A DNA stretch of 64,000 bases from Hormiphora californensis (lineage: Eukaryota > Animalia > Ctenophora), in the NCBI GenBank assembly GCA_020137815.1, contig CM035355.1, forward strand, positions 186,001 to 250,000, written 5' to 3'. The translations under genes were made by a program, and so were the position numbers. The number at the start of each line of letters is the position of its first letter. The stretch's first letter is position 1. Under the pieces are notes generated by a model. That model worked only from the letters and a program-made list of their open reading frames with translations, ran no database searches and was not told where the DNA came from. Positions 52,888 through 64,000 of the stretch are shown here, in pieces.

Positions 52888-54781
52888 GGTGACCTACAAC
52901 TATGGCTAATGCAACTATGGCTAAAAGAATCTATTAGCCATAGATGTATGCAACTATGGCTAAAAGATTCTATTAGCCATAGATGCATACAACTATGGCT
53001 AAAAGAAATGTGATCTGATTGGGTTCTATTAGCCATAGCTAATGAGCGTGAGAGGGACGTGCGAGGGGTATGAGAGGGACGTGAATTTATGAGTGATCGA
53101 ATCATCCCACGAGGGATTCGGATGGTGGGCCCACCATATAATTGAACTTGATAATCATAATGGGCACAAATCTAAACAATTTACATCATAATAAACCCAA
53201 TAATATACATCAATTGGAATTACACAATCAGTTCATTTTCGATATAATGATAAAACACGTCCTTCTTCAGAGAGTTTATAAACTTCATAAATGGAGTTTT
53301 TCAGGGTGATTAAATAGCTCCTTATTATGAAAATGTTTAGACAGATCAGTGAATTCGGGTAGGCACGGAAAAGCCTCCGTGCATTATTAGGATCCACAAT
53401 AAACAACTCCGCAACAGGTCTGATTTTCGTGAAAGTAGAATATGATGCTGCTCCCAGAAGCTGTCTGGCTGAAGTTTGTCTCCTTGCACAGTCTTCTAAA
53501 ACTTCCCGGTACTCATTGTAGTAGACTTCAACTGATGATATGTTTCTCCTTTTTCTAGACTCGGCAGATGCAGCAGGATGCCTCTTCCTTTTTTAGGTTT
53601 GGGAGGTGACGTTTCACAAGGACTCGTGAGGTTAGTTATGGGGGTACACAAGGACTCATCAGGTTAGTTGATGGGGGTACAGGGGGGTACACAAGGATTC
53701 CTCATGTTAGTTGATGGGGGTACACAAGGATTCATCAGGTTAGTGGATGGGACAAAAAAGAGAAAGAGCAATAGAAACCTCATCCGAATTGTGTCTCATA
53801 TCGTCTAATAAGCTTCCCTGAATCATGTTCCATTATATCTCGTATCGTATCACACTTCTAAAAAGCTTCCCAGAATCATGTGTCATGATTCGGGGAAGCT
53901 TATGAGAAGTGTGATACGATACGGGATATGGAACATGATTCAGAGAAGCTTATTATTAGACGATATAATGAGACACGATTCGGAGGAGATTTCTATTGCT
54001 CTTTCTCTTTTTTGTCCCATCCACTAACCTGATGAATCCTTGTGTACCCCCATCAACTAACATGACGAATCCTTGTGTACCCCCATCAACTAACCTGATG
54101 AGTCCTTGTGTACCACCATCAACTAACCTGATGAGTCCTTCTGAAACGTCACCTCCCAAACCTAAAAAAGAAGAGGCATCCTGCTGCCTCTGCCGAGTCT
54201 GGAAAAAGGAGAAACATATCATCAGTTGAAGTCTACTACAACGAGTACCGGGAAGTTTTAGAAGACTGTGCAAGGAGACAAACTTCAGCCAGACAGCTTC
54301 TGGGAGCAGCATCATATTCTACTTTCACGAAAATCAGACCTATTGCAGAGTTGTTTATTGTGGATCCTAATAATGCACGGCGGCTTTTCCGTGCCTACCC
54401 GAATTCACTGATCTTTTAAACATTGTCATAAGGAGCTGTTTAATGACCCTGAAAAACTCCATGAACTCTCTGAAGAAGGGCGTGTTTTATCATTATATCG
54501 AAAATGAACTGATTGTGTAATTCTGATTGATGTATCATTGGGTTTAATATGATGCAAATCGTTTATATTTGTGCCCATTATGATTATCAAGTTCAATAAT
54601 ATGGTGGGATGATTCGATCACTCATAAATTCACGTCCCTAGCAGACCTAATCAGATCACATTTCTTTTAGCCATAGTTGTATGCATCTATGGCTAATAGA
54701 ATCTTTTAGCCATAGTTGCATACATCTATGGCTAATATATTCTTTTAGCCATAGTTGCATTAGCCATAGTTGTAGGTAATC
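52888..54781. mobile_element. MULE-like ~1.9-kb foldback element (same termini as 454-1459)
   Basis: 9-bp flanks ggtatataa/ggtatatat; ~900-bp inverted arms with a 33-bp internal tandem repeat. Confidence 0.72.
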
Positions 54782-55170
54782 GGTATATATAATGGGATGT
54801 ACACACTTTTTCTTCAAATGCCAGATACCACTTTGGTTTCTATTGTATCTTTCTCCAATTTTTCTAAAATGATTGGCTCTCTAGCCCCACTACCCCCCGG
54901 AGATAAAGTTTTGTGCCAGCCCTTTGGCGCTAGTTGGCGCCAAAAATCCCGCTTTGTGAGCACACCCCAACTGATGGAAATCCGGGGATACATGCATACA
55001 CACCCTAGTGAGACAATAGAATACGTGTAAAAAGGATCGCACTCGACATTTCGTCATTTTTCAACCGGTTTCAATGAAAAATGGTATAGTTCATATTCAA
55101 CCCAATATTTGTTTTGTTCAAACCCGGGGCGCGGGGAGGGAGGGTCGAACAAGGCAACCCAATATCTCAG

Positions 55171-56173
55171 TAGTAAGGGGATTTAACTAAGATTTTAGCC
55201 CCAACCAGAAAAAAATTTGTTACAAAGGATTTCCACCTGAAACGTACTCCTAAGGGCCCCCTCTATCGATTCCAACCAATGCTCATATTTGCTCAGGGGT
55301 GCTAAGGCCTCATTTCCGGGTGGGCGTGGTACCTGTATTTTCAGCCTGAGGCCAAAACCATAAATACCCTTAAAATAGGAGTAGAGACAAAACTAAGGGC
55401 ACTAAAATGATCAGCGTCCTCGAATTAGTGGGGGTAGGTGCTAAAATTAAGTCTCTATCTCATCTGGTTAATTAGATAATTGGATAATTAGTTTTGCGCA
55501 TAACCGTTTTTTGGCTATATGGCTATAGCCACTTAGGAATGGTTAAGAGACTTTTCATTGGTGCCATTTTGTAGGCAAAGTGAAATTATGGGGGGTCGAA
55601 GTCGGACTTTTAAGCTCTATCTTCAACCGTTTAGCCGTTATTTGGCTTTAACGGTGTTCAAAATTGGGCTTTTTACCGTATTTTGCTCATTTGGAGCATC
55701 TTAAAAGCCAAATAACGGCTAAACGGTTGAAGATAGAGCTTAAAAGTCCGACTTCGACCCCCCCATAATTTCGCTTTGCCTACAAAATGGCACCAATGAA
55801 AAGTCTCTTAACCATTCCTAAGTGGCTATAGCCATATAGCCAAAAAACGGTTATGTGCAAAACTAATTATCCAATTATCTAATTAACCAGATGAGATAGA
55901 GACTTAATTTTAGCACCTACCCCCACTAATTCGAGGACGCTGATCATTTTAGTGCCCTCAGTTTTGTCTCTACTCCTATTTTAAGGGTATTTATGGTTTT
56001 GGCCTCAGGCTGAAAATACAGGTACCACGCCCACCCGGAAATGAGGCCTTAGCACTCCTGAGCAAATATGAGCATTGGTTGGAATCGATAGAGGGGACCC
56101 TTAGGAGTACATTTGAGGTGGAAATCCTTTGTAACAAATTTTTTTGTGGTGTTCCTGGTTTATCACCTTACTA
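55171..56173. mobile_element. Academ-like palindromic element (TAGTAAGG termini)
   Basis: 3-bp TSD cag/cag; shared inner core. Confidence 0.8.
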
Positions 56174-56896
56174 CAGAGCCTCCAAAGTGGTTTGTTGATT
56201 GGAGCTCCGGTTCAAAAGTTGAGAAAATTATTTTGAGAACGGGATATCCATGTCAAATTTCAAAATCCTTTTGGAGGCTTTCGATATAATACATAATCAA
56301 CATGATCTGCACAAAATTTGATGGCTCTATCTATTAAGATACTGCGGATGCGATCCATACATTTTAAAAGACCCGTTCTTTTAGATTTCAGCAAAGCGAG
56401 AATTTAGAGGATGCCACTGTCGTTTTTGCGGTGCACACAGCTCACGGGAAAAGTGTGTATACTCCAGTATATAATAGTGCCCAACCAGGAATCATTATAA
56501 ATTCGAAATGAACTATCTAACTTGATAAGAGAGTGTGTAACAACGATCTTTGTTTCAGATAGTTGTATTATGAGTTGCCGCTGGGGGTTTTATACGAGGA
56601 AAGATCCTTTCAGCTGTGCTGTCGGGATCTTTCCTTCAATAACAACCTGCTCACACGGGATTTTATTGAATAACAGTCCAGCGTGCAAGAACATAACCAG
56701 TAACCACTATGTATCACCTCCTCCTCAACCTCAGCTGGCGACTCGGGATCGGCGTCGTGATTTACACCAGTTTGGGCGATTAAACTCTAGTTGGCTGTCC
56801 TCAGCTTGCGCTGGGAACAGCCAACTGTATAGTGTATAACGCCCCAAACTACAAACGTTCATAGTACATATGAAAACGAGTGTATGTTTGAATTAC

Positions 56897-57024
56897 CTGT
56901 TGTGACTACATCGGATATCTTCACATTCAGGCATCATATATCCTTTTGAGGTACGCTTTTCCATTTTAAAATAGTTATGAAGTTTGATCATAACATCTTG
57001 TGACACATACGTAATAAAATCCAT
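56897..57024 (-). CDS. SNX25: SNX25-like exon 3, PXA (MDFITYVSQDVMIKLHNYFKMEKRTSKGYMMPECEDIRCSHN)
   Basis: Acceptor gtcctttcag|, donor AG|gtaatt; 128 nt, phase 0 to 2, open frame. Confidence 0.85.
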
Positions 57025-57119
57025 CTGAAAGGACATACTGGTCACGGTCAAAAAGTCTGAGATTTTTGGGGTTAAAAAAATCGACCAAAATTATTAAAAC
57101 TAATTTATATAAAGTCGGA

Positions 57120-57718
57120 TTTTTTATTCACCCGGGATGATGTTTTTAGCACGCACGTGCTAAAAAGATCATTCGGGGTTTAGAAATCAGCAGATTTTGT
57201 AGTTAACTAAATGTCCATCCGTCCACCGTTACACATAGTAACAAAGTCTGCTCCTTCATAAAACTTTCAACTCACACTTTGATGATGCAACAAAGGAAAT
57301 GATTAACATGCAATGTGACGTGCAATTATTCACTCGTATCACTTCCTACTTTCACGTCAAATCACTTTGGGTACCCTACATGGTAGCAAGTCTTCCAATC
57401 ATGAAACTACTATCACACAATAATTGCAAGTGATATGACTGGAGTTAAGATGAGCGAGGGTAAAGTTAAAGCACTTGGTAACCAACCAAAGGGTCTCCTA
57501 AGCAACTGCCTTGGTTATCATAGCAACTGTCTTGGTCATCATAGCAACTGCTTTGATTACCATAGAAACAACCCTGGATACCATAGCAACCAACATCGTA
57601 TAAGCCGAGTGAAAAATTCATCGGGAAATCCGGTTTTGAAGCTTACAGTAATCAATTTTACACCTATTTGTGGCAGGGAAACACCGCATTATGAATACAT
57701 AATGCAATAATTCTTGTT
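57120..57718 (+). mobile_element. HINE-like element (same family; other ends at 8560-8810, 47246, 47681, 60174-60250)
   Basis: 3' ggcagggaaa-caccgcattatgaatacataatgc-aataattcttgtt; 5' ttcacccgggatg. Confidence 0.7.
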
Positions 57719-58368
57719 TGAAGTTGTCACCCCCCCCCCCCCCCCCTTTCACATGCGGCGTCGTATTTGCACGTGACAGCCCCCAGTCCCCACTTACTCT
57801 TACTTTTCGGCAAAAAGCCGCATATCATCGGAAAGATGATAATTTGATGAGCCCGTAAAGTTTTTGTTTGACGAAATTGGTCAAGAAACAGAGGTGTGAG
57901 AGCCAAAACAAGTTTCAGGCGTGACAACTTCAAAAAATCCGACTTTACCACACCTTCTAGACACAAATTTTGTAACCATGTCAAAGTATGTTTAAATTAT
58001 ATTAATTTTGAATAGTTATATCGATTGCTCAACCAGTGTGGATAAAACACAAGGTTTATGAGTATCCACCTGGTTGAGTTATCCTTGTATCCTTGTACTC
58101 CTTGTATCGTTGTACTCCTTGTATCCTTATGCCTCCATTTTGTGGATAATTGCAATGATAATTGTTGTGGAAACCGGGCGGAAACCTCGTCACATACGGT
58201 TGAGCAACTTTTACTCAACATTTGTGGATACACAGCCTCGCAAACTATCCACAATTTTGGTTACTCCGCTTGCTGTGCCAACCTTGAACTGGTCTCGCTT
58301 GTGTTAGCGTGGCGTCAGGCATTCAGGAAAACGACGTTGATTCAGGTGTTCAAATCAAATTGCTAATA

Positions 58369-58424
58369 TAACAAACGTTTCGACGCAAACTTGTACTCAT
58401 CAGTGTTAAGCTTAACACTGATGA
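58369..58424 (-). ncRNA. Degenerate minimal hammerhead at an inverted PLE-like junction
   Basis: Minus strand uaaca-CUGAUGA-(imperfect stem II)-GAAA-CG-UU-uguua; 28-bp palindrome tcatcagtgttaag|cttaacactgatga at 58397-58424. Confidence 0.55.
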
Positions 58425-58498
58425 TCGGTAGTTCAAATGATAGGGCAACCTTTCCGGCCTACTAATTTCAATTAATTATCGTATAATTATTGCTATAC

Positions 58499-58734
58499 CT
58501 GCTGCAGTCTTTGTTGAGCTGAGTTAGCAATATCCGATGCAAGACTTGTCCCAATATCAGAAAGGTTCTGAGTTTTAATAGCTATCGGGGGTGCAAACCA
58601 AGAAAATATAAACTCCTCAAGTCCAAGAGAAACAATTTCTTGAAATAGAGAATCAACTTTTTGATGATGAAGAGGTGGTACATTAACTGTTAGGTTCGGA
58701 GAAGGAATCTTTCGAGACAGGAAACTTCTTTGCA
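58499..58734 (-). CDS. SNX25: SNX25-like exon 2, start of PXA domain (..KVDSLFQEIVSLGLEEFIFSWF..SAQQRLQQ)
   Basis: Acceptor ctactttcag|, donor CAG|gtatag; 236 nt, phase 1 to 0; VDxxxxE..FIxSW matches the PXA N-terminal motif. Confidence 0.88.
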
Positions 58735-59863
58735 CTGAAAGTAGAATAGTGTTAGAATCATTGCCCTGGCGAGCGCAAAGGTGGTTCCATCCATTCCCGA
58801 AAAAATTTCCCATATTTACCGGGATCCTCGGGAGAAGCCATTTTTTCCCGGTAAATTGGGGTGTCCCGTATATCGGAGTGATGAATTTTTGACACTTTTT
58901 CGATATAATTTTCGCGTCCATATAGTTAGGAACACTATTGGTGCGCGGTCGTGCCCACGGAAGGAGTGCTTGGATCATCTTGAAACCGGTTTTAAGTTAA
59001 CTAATGCATATCCAAAAGTGTCTGTAGCTATTTGGGTGATGTTCTGACAATCCAATAACGAGTTATGACGAAAAAACAGTCAAAAAAGACGTTTTAAAGT
59101 GACAAAAAGGAGGATCTGAACACAGCCCTTATATGAAGGGTTGGGGCTATGAAACTTCTTGAGTGGACGGAGAATCGTCCAAATTTGCAGTGCCAACTTT
59201 GGAATAGTTTCTATCTTTTGAAGTTATCTAATTAGAGCCGTTTAAACATGTGAGACGATGCTGCAGGGGCCTCTAATACTAGGTATTTTTGCTTGTGAAG
59301 TGATCACTTGACGAGATTTACCCAATTAGAGAGCAGATTAAAGCTTACAAGCGGTGAGAGCAAGCAATATGGGGCGGAAACAGTACCAAATCACCCTGTT
59401 TTGCAGATCGTCTCACATGTTTGAACGGCTCTAATTAGACAACTACAAAAGATAGAAACTATTCCAAAGTTGGCACTGCAAAGGCTTTGGAATAGTCCAA
59501 ATAGATTACATCGACTTCGTTCCCGCTGTTTAGCTCTCGAAAGATTCCGTCAATGTGATGGAGTAACTGTCTGTACCCCGTGAATGTTACGGTGGCAAAG
59601 GTAGCTCAAATCATAGGGCAACCTTTCCGGCCTACTAATTTTAATTAGTTTTGGTATAATATACAATAACATATTAGCCAAAAGATAATTTTTACTTACT
59701 CACTTAGGGAGTCGTTCAAATTTGCAATTATGTCTTTGAAATCGCTCGTTATGTTATAAAAATGCAAATAATTTTTTATCAGTATAATTTAGGAAGGGAA
59801 AGCCACCTTTTTATACTTACATGTTAAAAAGAAGTCATCGTCATCCACAATAAAAATCCGTAC

Positions 59864-59984
59864 CGTTGTCAGAATAACTAAACTGGATGGTTCCACAGAT
59901 AAGGCTACATAAAATCATCGGGGACTTCAGGAAGATCGAAATTAGACATATCACAATTGAACTGGTATTGAAGTCAATGTTCAT
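59864..59984 (-). CDS. SNX25: SNX25-like gene, probable first coding exon (MNIDFNTSSIVICLISIFLKSPMILCSLICGTIQFSYSDN; hydrophobic N-terminal anchor)
   Basis: ATG at 59984; donor G|GTACGG; 121 nt ends in phase 1, matching the next exon. A hydrophobic N-terminus is expected for the SNX13/14/19/25 group. An additional upstream exon cannot be excluded. Confidence 0.6.
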
Positions 59985-60543
59985 CCTCCATCTAGCTAAA
60001 AAATATTTTTGTTATGTTCTAACCCTCCTTTACATTTCAAATCTCTATCTCATCATGGTGGTGTAGTGGTCATGATCTCATCAGGGAGTGGAGCTATGAC
60101 CGTAGGAAACTTCACAAAACAAGTGAGAGCCATAGTAGTTTGTGTTTACCTTTAAGTATGTGTAAGGGTGCGATTTTTTTCCCCGCCCGGGTGAAGGCCG
60201 AAGGCCTTCACCCGGATGCCTTTTGCAAAAAGGCATAGGGGTTTAGAAATCTAAACGGATATAGTGACTATGTGTAGCAAGTCAGCTCTCATGTCCCGTT
60301 TCAGGTTGCGAGGGGCAACATGTAGCAACTAGAGCCGTGCACACAACAACAACCTGCTCCTTCATAAACCACTTCATTGAGACGTTTTCAGGAATTGTGT
60401 GCCGCACAATTCCGCAATGTGGCGCACAATTTATTGCTACTAAAACACAAGGATTTGTTCTATACTGTTTGCTTGATTTATAAATGATCCGAAATGTCTG
60501 TCCCGCCTTCGTGTTAGAAATGAAAGGTTGGCGGGGAAACATA

Positions 60544-61578
60544 TAATCCATGGAATATGGGTATCGAACCCTTCATAGTGGAAGGGCAAAGGTTTCTTTT
60601 CACCAAAGTGTAGTCTAAGGGGTCCTTAATCACCAAAAAAAAAGTTTACATCCCAGAAGTGGGGGATAAGGGTCGTAATTGGCCATAATTGGGTACCTGT
60701 ATTTTCAGCCTGAGGCCAAAACCATAAGTACCCTTTAAATAGGAGTAGAGACAAATCTGAGGGCACTAAAGTGATCAGCGTCCTCGCATTAGTGGGGGTA
60801 GGTGCCGGAATTAAGTCTCTATCTCATCTGGTTAATTAGATAATTGGATAATTAGGTTTGCGCATAACCGTTTTTAGGCTATATGGCTATAGCCACTTAG
60901 GAATGGTTTAGAGACTTTTCACTGGTGCCATTTTGTAGGCAATGGCCAAGTTATGGGGGGTCGACGTCGGACTTTTAAGCTCTATCTCCAACCGTTTAGC
61001 CGTTATTTGGCTTTTAAGGTGCTGAAAATGACCAAAAATCGGGCTTTTTACCGTTTTTTGCTGTAAAAAGCCCGATTTTTGGTCATTTTCAGCACCTTAA
61101 AAGCCAAATAACGGTTAAACGGTTGGACATAGAGCTTAAAAGTCCGACGTCGACCCCCCATAACTTGGCTATTGCCTACAAAATGGCATCAATGAAAAGT
61201 CTCTAAACCATTCCTAAGTGGCTATAGCCATATAGCCTAAAAACGGTTATGCACAAACCTAATTATCCAATTATCTAATTAACCGGATGAGATAGAGACT
61301 TGATTCCGGCACCTACCCCCACTAATGCGAGGACGCTGATCACTTTAGTGCCCTCAGATTTGTCTCTACTCCTATTTAAAGGGTACTTATGGTTTTGGCC
61401 TCAGGCTGAAAATACAGGTACCCAATTATGGCCAATTACGACCCTTATCCCCCACTTCTGGGATGTAAACTTTTTTTTGGTGATTAAGGACCCCTTAGAC
61501 TACACTTTGGTGAAGAGAAACCTTTGCCCTTCCACTATGCAGGGTTCGTCAAAAATTTGACCCAGATTCCATGGATTA
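60544..61578. mobile_element. Academ-like palindromic element (TAATCCATGG termini)
   Basis: 3-bp TSD ata/ata; shared inner core. Confidence 0.8.
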
Positions 61579-61869
61579 ATAGCATTATGATACATAATGC
61601 ATTTATTCTTGTTAATAATTAACGGCATGTCCCCATCCAGGGAGCATTTCCCCTTTCTTCCTCTCGTCAGGAACAGCATGGCTGGTTCTGTTAATAGAGA
61701 GGGATCCAGGTTCGATGCAACCCCGGCTGGGGACAGGCCGCAGCTGTGTGCGAAGAGGCCTTAAACTATTCTCTGTTTGCGGTTCTCTTTATTTACTGTT
61801 CTCGTTTGTCAGATTCCTATTGCCTCAGGTTCAGTGTTTGTTGTTTCCAGGCTATCTTTATATATATGT

Positions 61870-62558
61870 ACCTTATTCTCGTTAATTAAGCTTGTATATT
61901 TCAAGAAACTTTCAAATAATAAACTTTTTTATAAGAAATCCCAAAAATAAGAAACCCCAAAAATAAGAAACCCCACAAATATGAAACCCCAAAAATTAGA
62001 AACCCCAAAAATATTAGGGTGTTCCATAATGATTTTCGCTAGGTACTTCCTGATCGCTAGTGATGATAGAGACCAAAAATTTCTACAGGATCTTTTAGTT
62101 TGGACTATTTGTTAACCCTAAGACCATGTTTAAAGTTTCTAAACAACATTTACCTAGTTTAAATTGCCTTATTTTGCCGCGTTTCCATTGGTCTGTGTGG
62201 TCAAAAATGTCCATTTTAGGGCTTTTTGAGGCCCTCCCCCTAATTAGGTTTCTTATTTTTGGGGTTTCTTATTTTTGGGGTTTCTTAATTTTGGGGTTTC
62301 TTATTTTTGGGTTTCTTATTTTTGGGGTTTCTTAATTTTGGAGTTTCATATTTTTGGGGTTTCTTATTTTTGGGGTTTCTTATTTTTGGGGTTTCTTACT
62401 TTTGGGGTTTCTTATTTTTGCGTTTCTTATTTTTGGGGTTTCTTACTTTCTTGGGGGAGTTTCTTATTTTGGGGTGTATTATTTAATGTGTTTCCACATT
62501 TCCCGTTTCTTATAAAAAATTCTTCCTAAAGCGTTTCTTAATTAGCGAGAGTAAGGTA
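61870..62558. repeat. Palindromic element with 16-17-bp (aagaaaccccaaaaat)n arrays
   Basis: Arrays at 61930-62015 and, inverted, at 62245-62470; outer IR ccttattctcgttaattaag / cttaattagcgagagtaagg. Confidence 0.7.
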
Positions 62559-62729
62559 ATAGCTTATTTTGGCTGGTTAATTAACGGGTGGCTTGTGACT
62601 TCACTATTATCTTGAGAGATCTTCTGCCCGGTGCCCAGATATTGCAAATACCCAAGAGATTAATGCCCTTAATTTGGCAGCAAATTAAAGGCGAGGCAGC
62701 ATATTGGACAAGCTGCCTAGTAGTCAGCA

Positions 62730-63375
62730 GTTCAATAAATATCGCTGTCGGCAGTAATAAATGTACTGGGGGCCAGGGCTTAATCTTTATAAATCATTTA
62801 GAAAGTTTTAAAAAAAGTGTCCCACCCGGGATCGGTCGGGAATCGAACCCGGGCCTCACGCGTCAGAGTGGAGGCAGCACAGGCAGCACAAATTTACCCC
62901 ATATTTACATAGAAAATTTAGCCTCATTTTATGCAATATCAGTTTTACTTTTCCGGCTATTATATTCGAAGAAGTATTCCAAACACGAATATGAAGGAAA
63001 TAAACAAATTGAACGTCACAAATTTTCTTAATCCTTCTGCTGCCTCGGGTACCATTATTTACCGATTTTTTGGCTATTCCCGCCCTTCTACCCATCCAAT
63101 TTGGTAATATTCGGTGCAGGGACATCCACAGTATCGATAAACAAGTGCCTAAACCGATAAACGGGGAAAACGGTAAAACTTAGCATGATATAGAAGGCAG
63201 CACGTATTTAGCTTAATTAAGATAGATCCGTGCTGCCGGCAGCACGAGTTCGATTCCCGACCGGGCCCGGGTGGGACAATTTTTTTTAAATTTTTTCAAA
63301 CTTTATAAATGATTTATAAATGATTTCTAAAAACTTTCTAGACATTTATTTTACTAGGCAGCAAAATCGTCGATT
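62730..63375. repeat. Inverted pair of tRNA-derived (B-box GTTCGATTCC) segments
   Basis: gtcccacccggg..ggtcgggaatcgaac (62817-62850) is the inverse of gttcgattcccgacc..cccgggtgggac (63248-63277). Confidence 0.6.
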
Positions 63376-64000
63376 TTTGGGACAAAGTTGGCAGCATATT
63401 TGACTTTTGAAAATCGTATTTATCTAAAATTTTGAAAATCCGGGCACCGGGATCTTCTGACATGCTCACAAATTGTAGAGTATGATACTCGCAATGTACA
63501 GAAGTCCGATTTTTAATAAAGCGAACCGCTAAACTTTCCCACGCACCGTGGGAAAGTTTTTTCGTGTTTGTTTTGATCATATCTCTGGCTCCTGATAAGA
63601 TAAAGACTTGCTCCTGGTTGCGTTGGAAAGAGAAAAATTTTATCTTTCCAATGCGACCAATGAGAAGTCTCTATCTTATCAGGAACAGAACTTAGCACGC
63701 ACAAATCGAATTATGTGTGCGTCAGCGGTTCGCATTATTAAAAATCGCACTTCAGTATGATGCAGATAAGAGTGAATGTATCACATTAAATGTGACTTGT
63801 TACACGCGATAAGCGACTTAGCGATTCAAAACACAATGTTTGTCTCTATTGTCAACTGTTTACCAAAGTCCTTTACTTTGGGACGGGTGAGGTGGGGGAG
63901 GCGGGTGGATCGGAGGGGCGGGGTGGCGGGGGTGGTCAGAGGGTAGTACGGATTAAAAAATATCGGAGGTTTATTTTAGATCTAGATCTTGAAATTGTTA

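Overview
AT-rich, intron-containing eukaryotic (invertebrate animal) DNA, almost entirely repeats. Read by hand, the window is spanned by the 5' half of one minus-strand host gene, a sorting nexin-25 (SNX25)-like protein. I assembled 12 GT-AG exons (309-59984; 1587 nt = 529 codons, every junction in phase) encoding a hydrophobic N-terminus, a PXA domain, an RGS domain and the start of the following coiled coil. The ORF track does not assemble this gene. The introns are filled with nested, mostly non-autonomous and strongly palindromic transposons. Their termini and TSDs resemble Academ, Chapaev, Merlin, MULE, hAT, Kolobok, PIF/Harbinger, pogo/Tigger, Helentron/HINE and Crypton types; Penelope-like fragments with minimal hammerheads and tRNA-derived repeats are also present. 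The only long protein-coding TE is a decayed HERO-like RLE non-LTR retrotransposon (28777-32451, + strand, 13-bp TSD). Its 3' UTR holds the top finding: a complete hammerhead catalytic core whose strands occur in a non-circularly permuted, pseudoknotted order with a bridged stem II (32024-32143). Superfamily labels for non-autonomous elements rest on termini/TSD rules only; no searches or folding computations were run.
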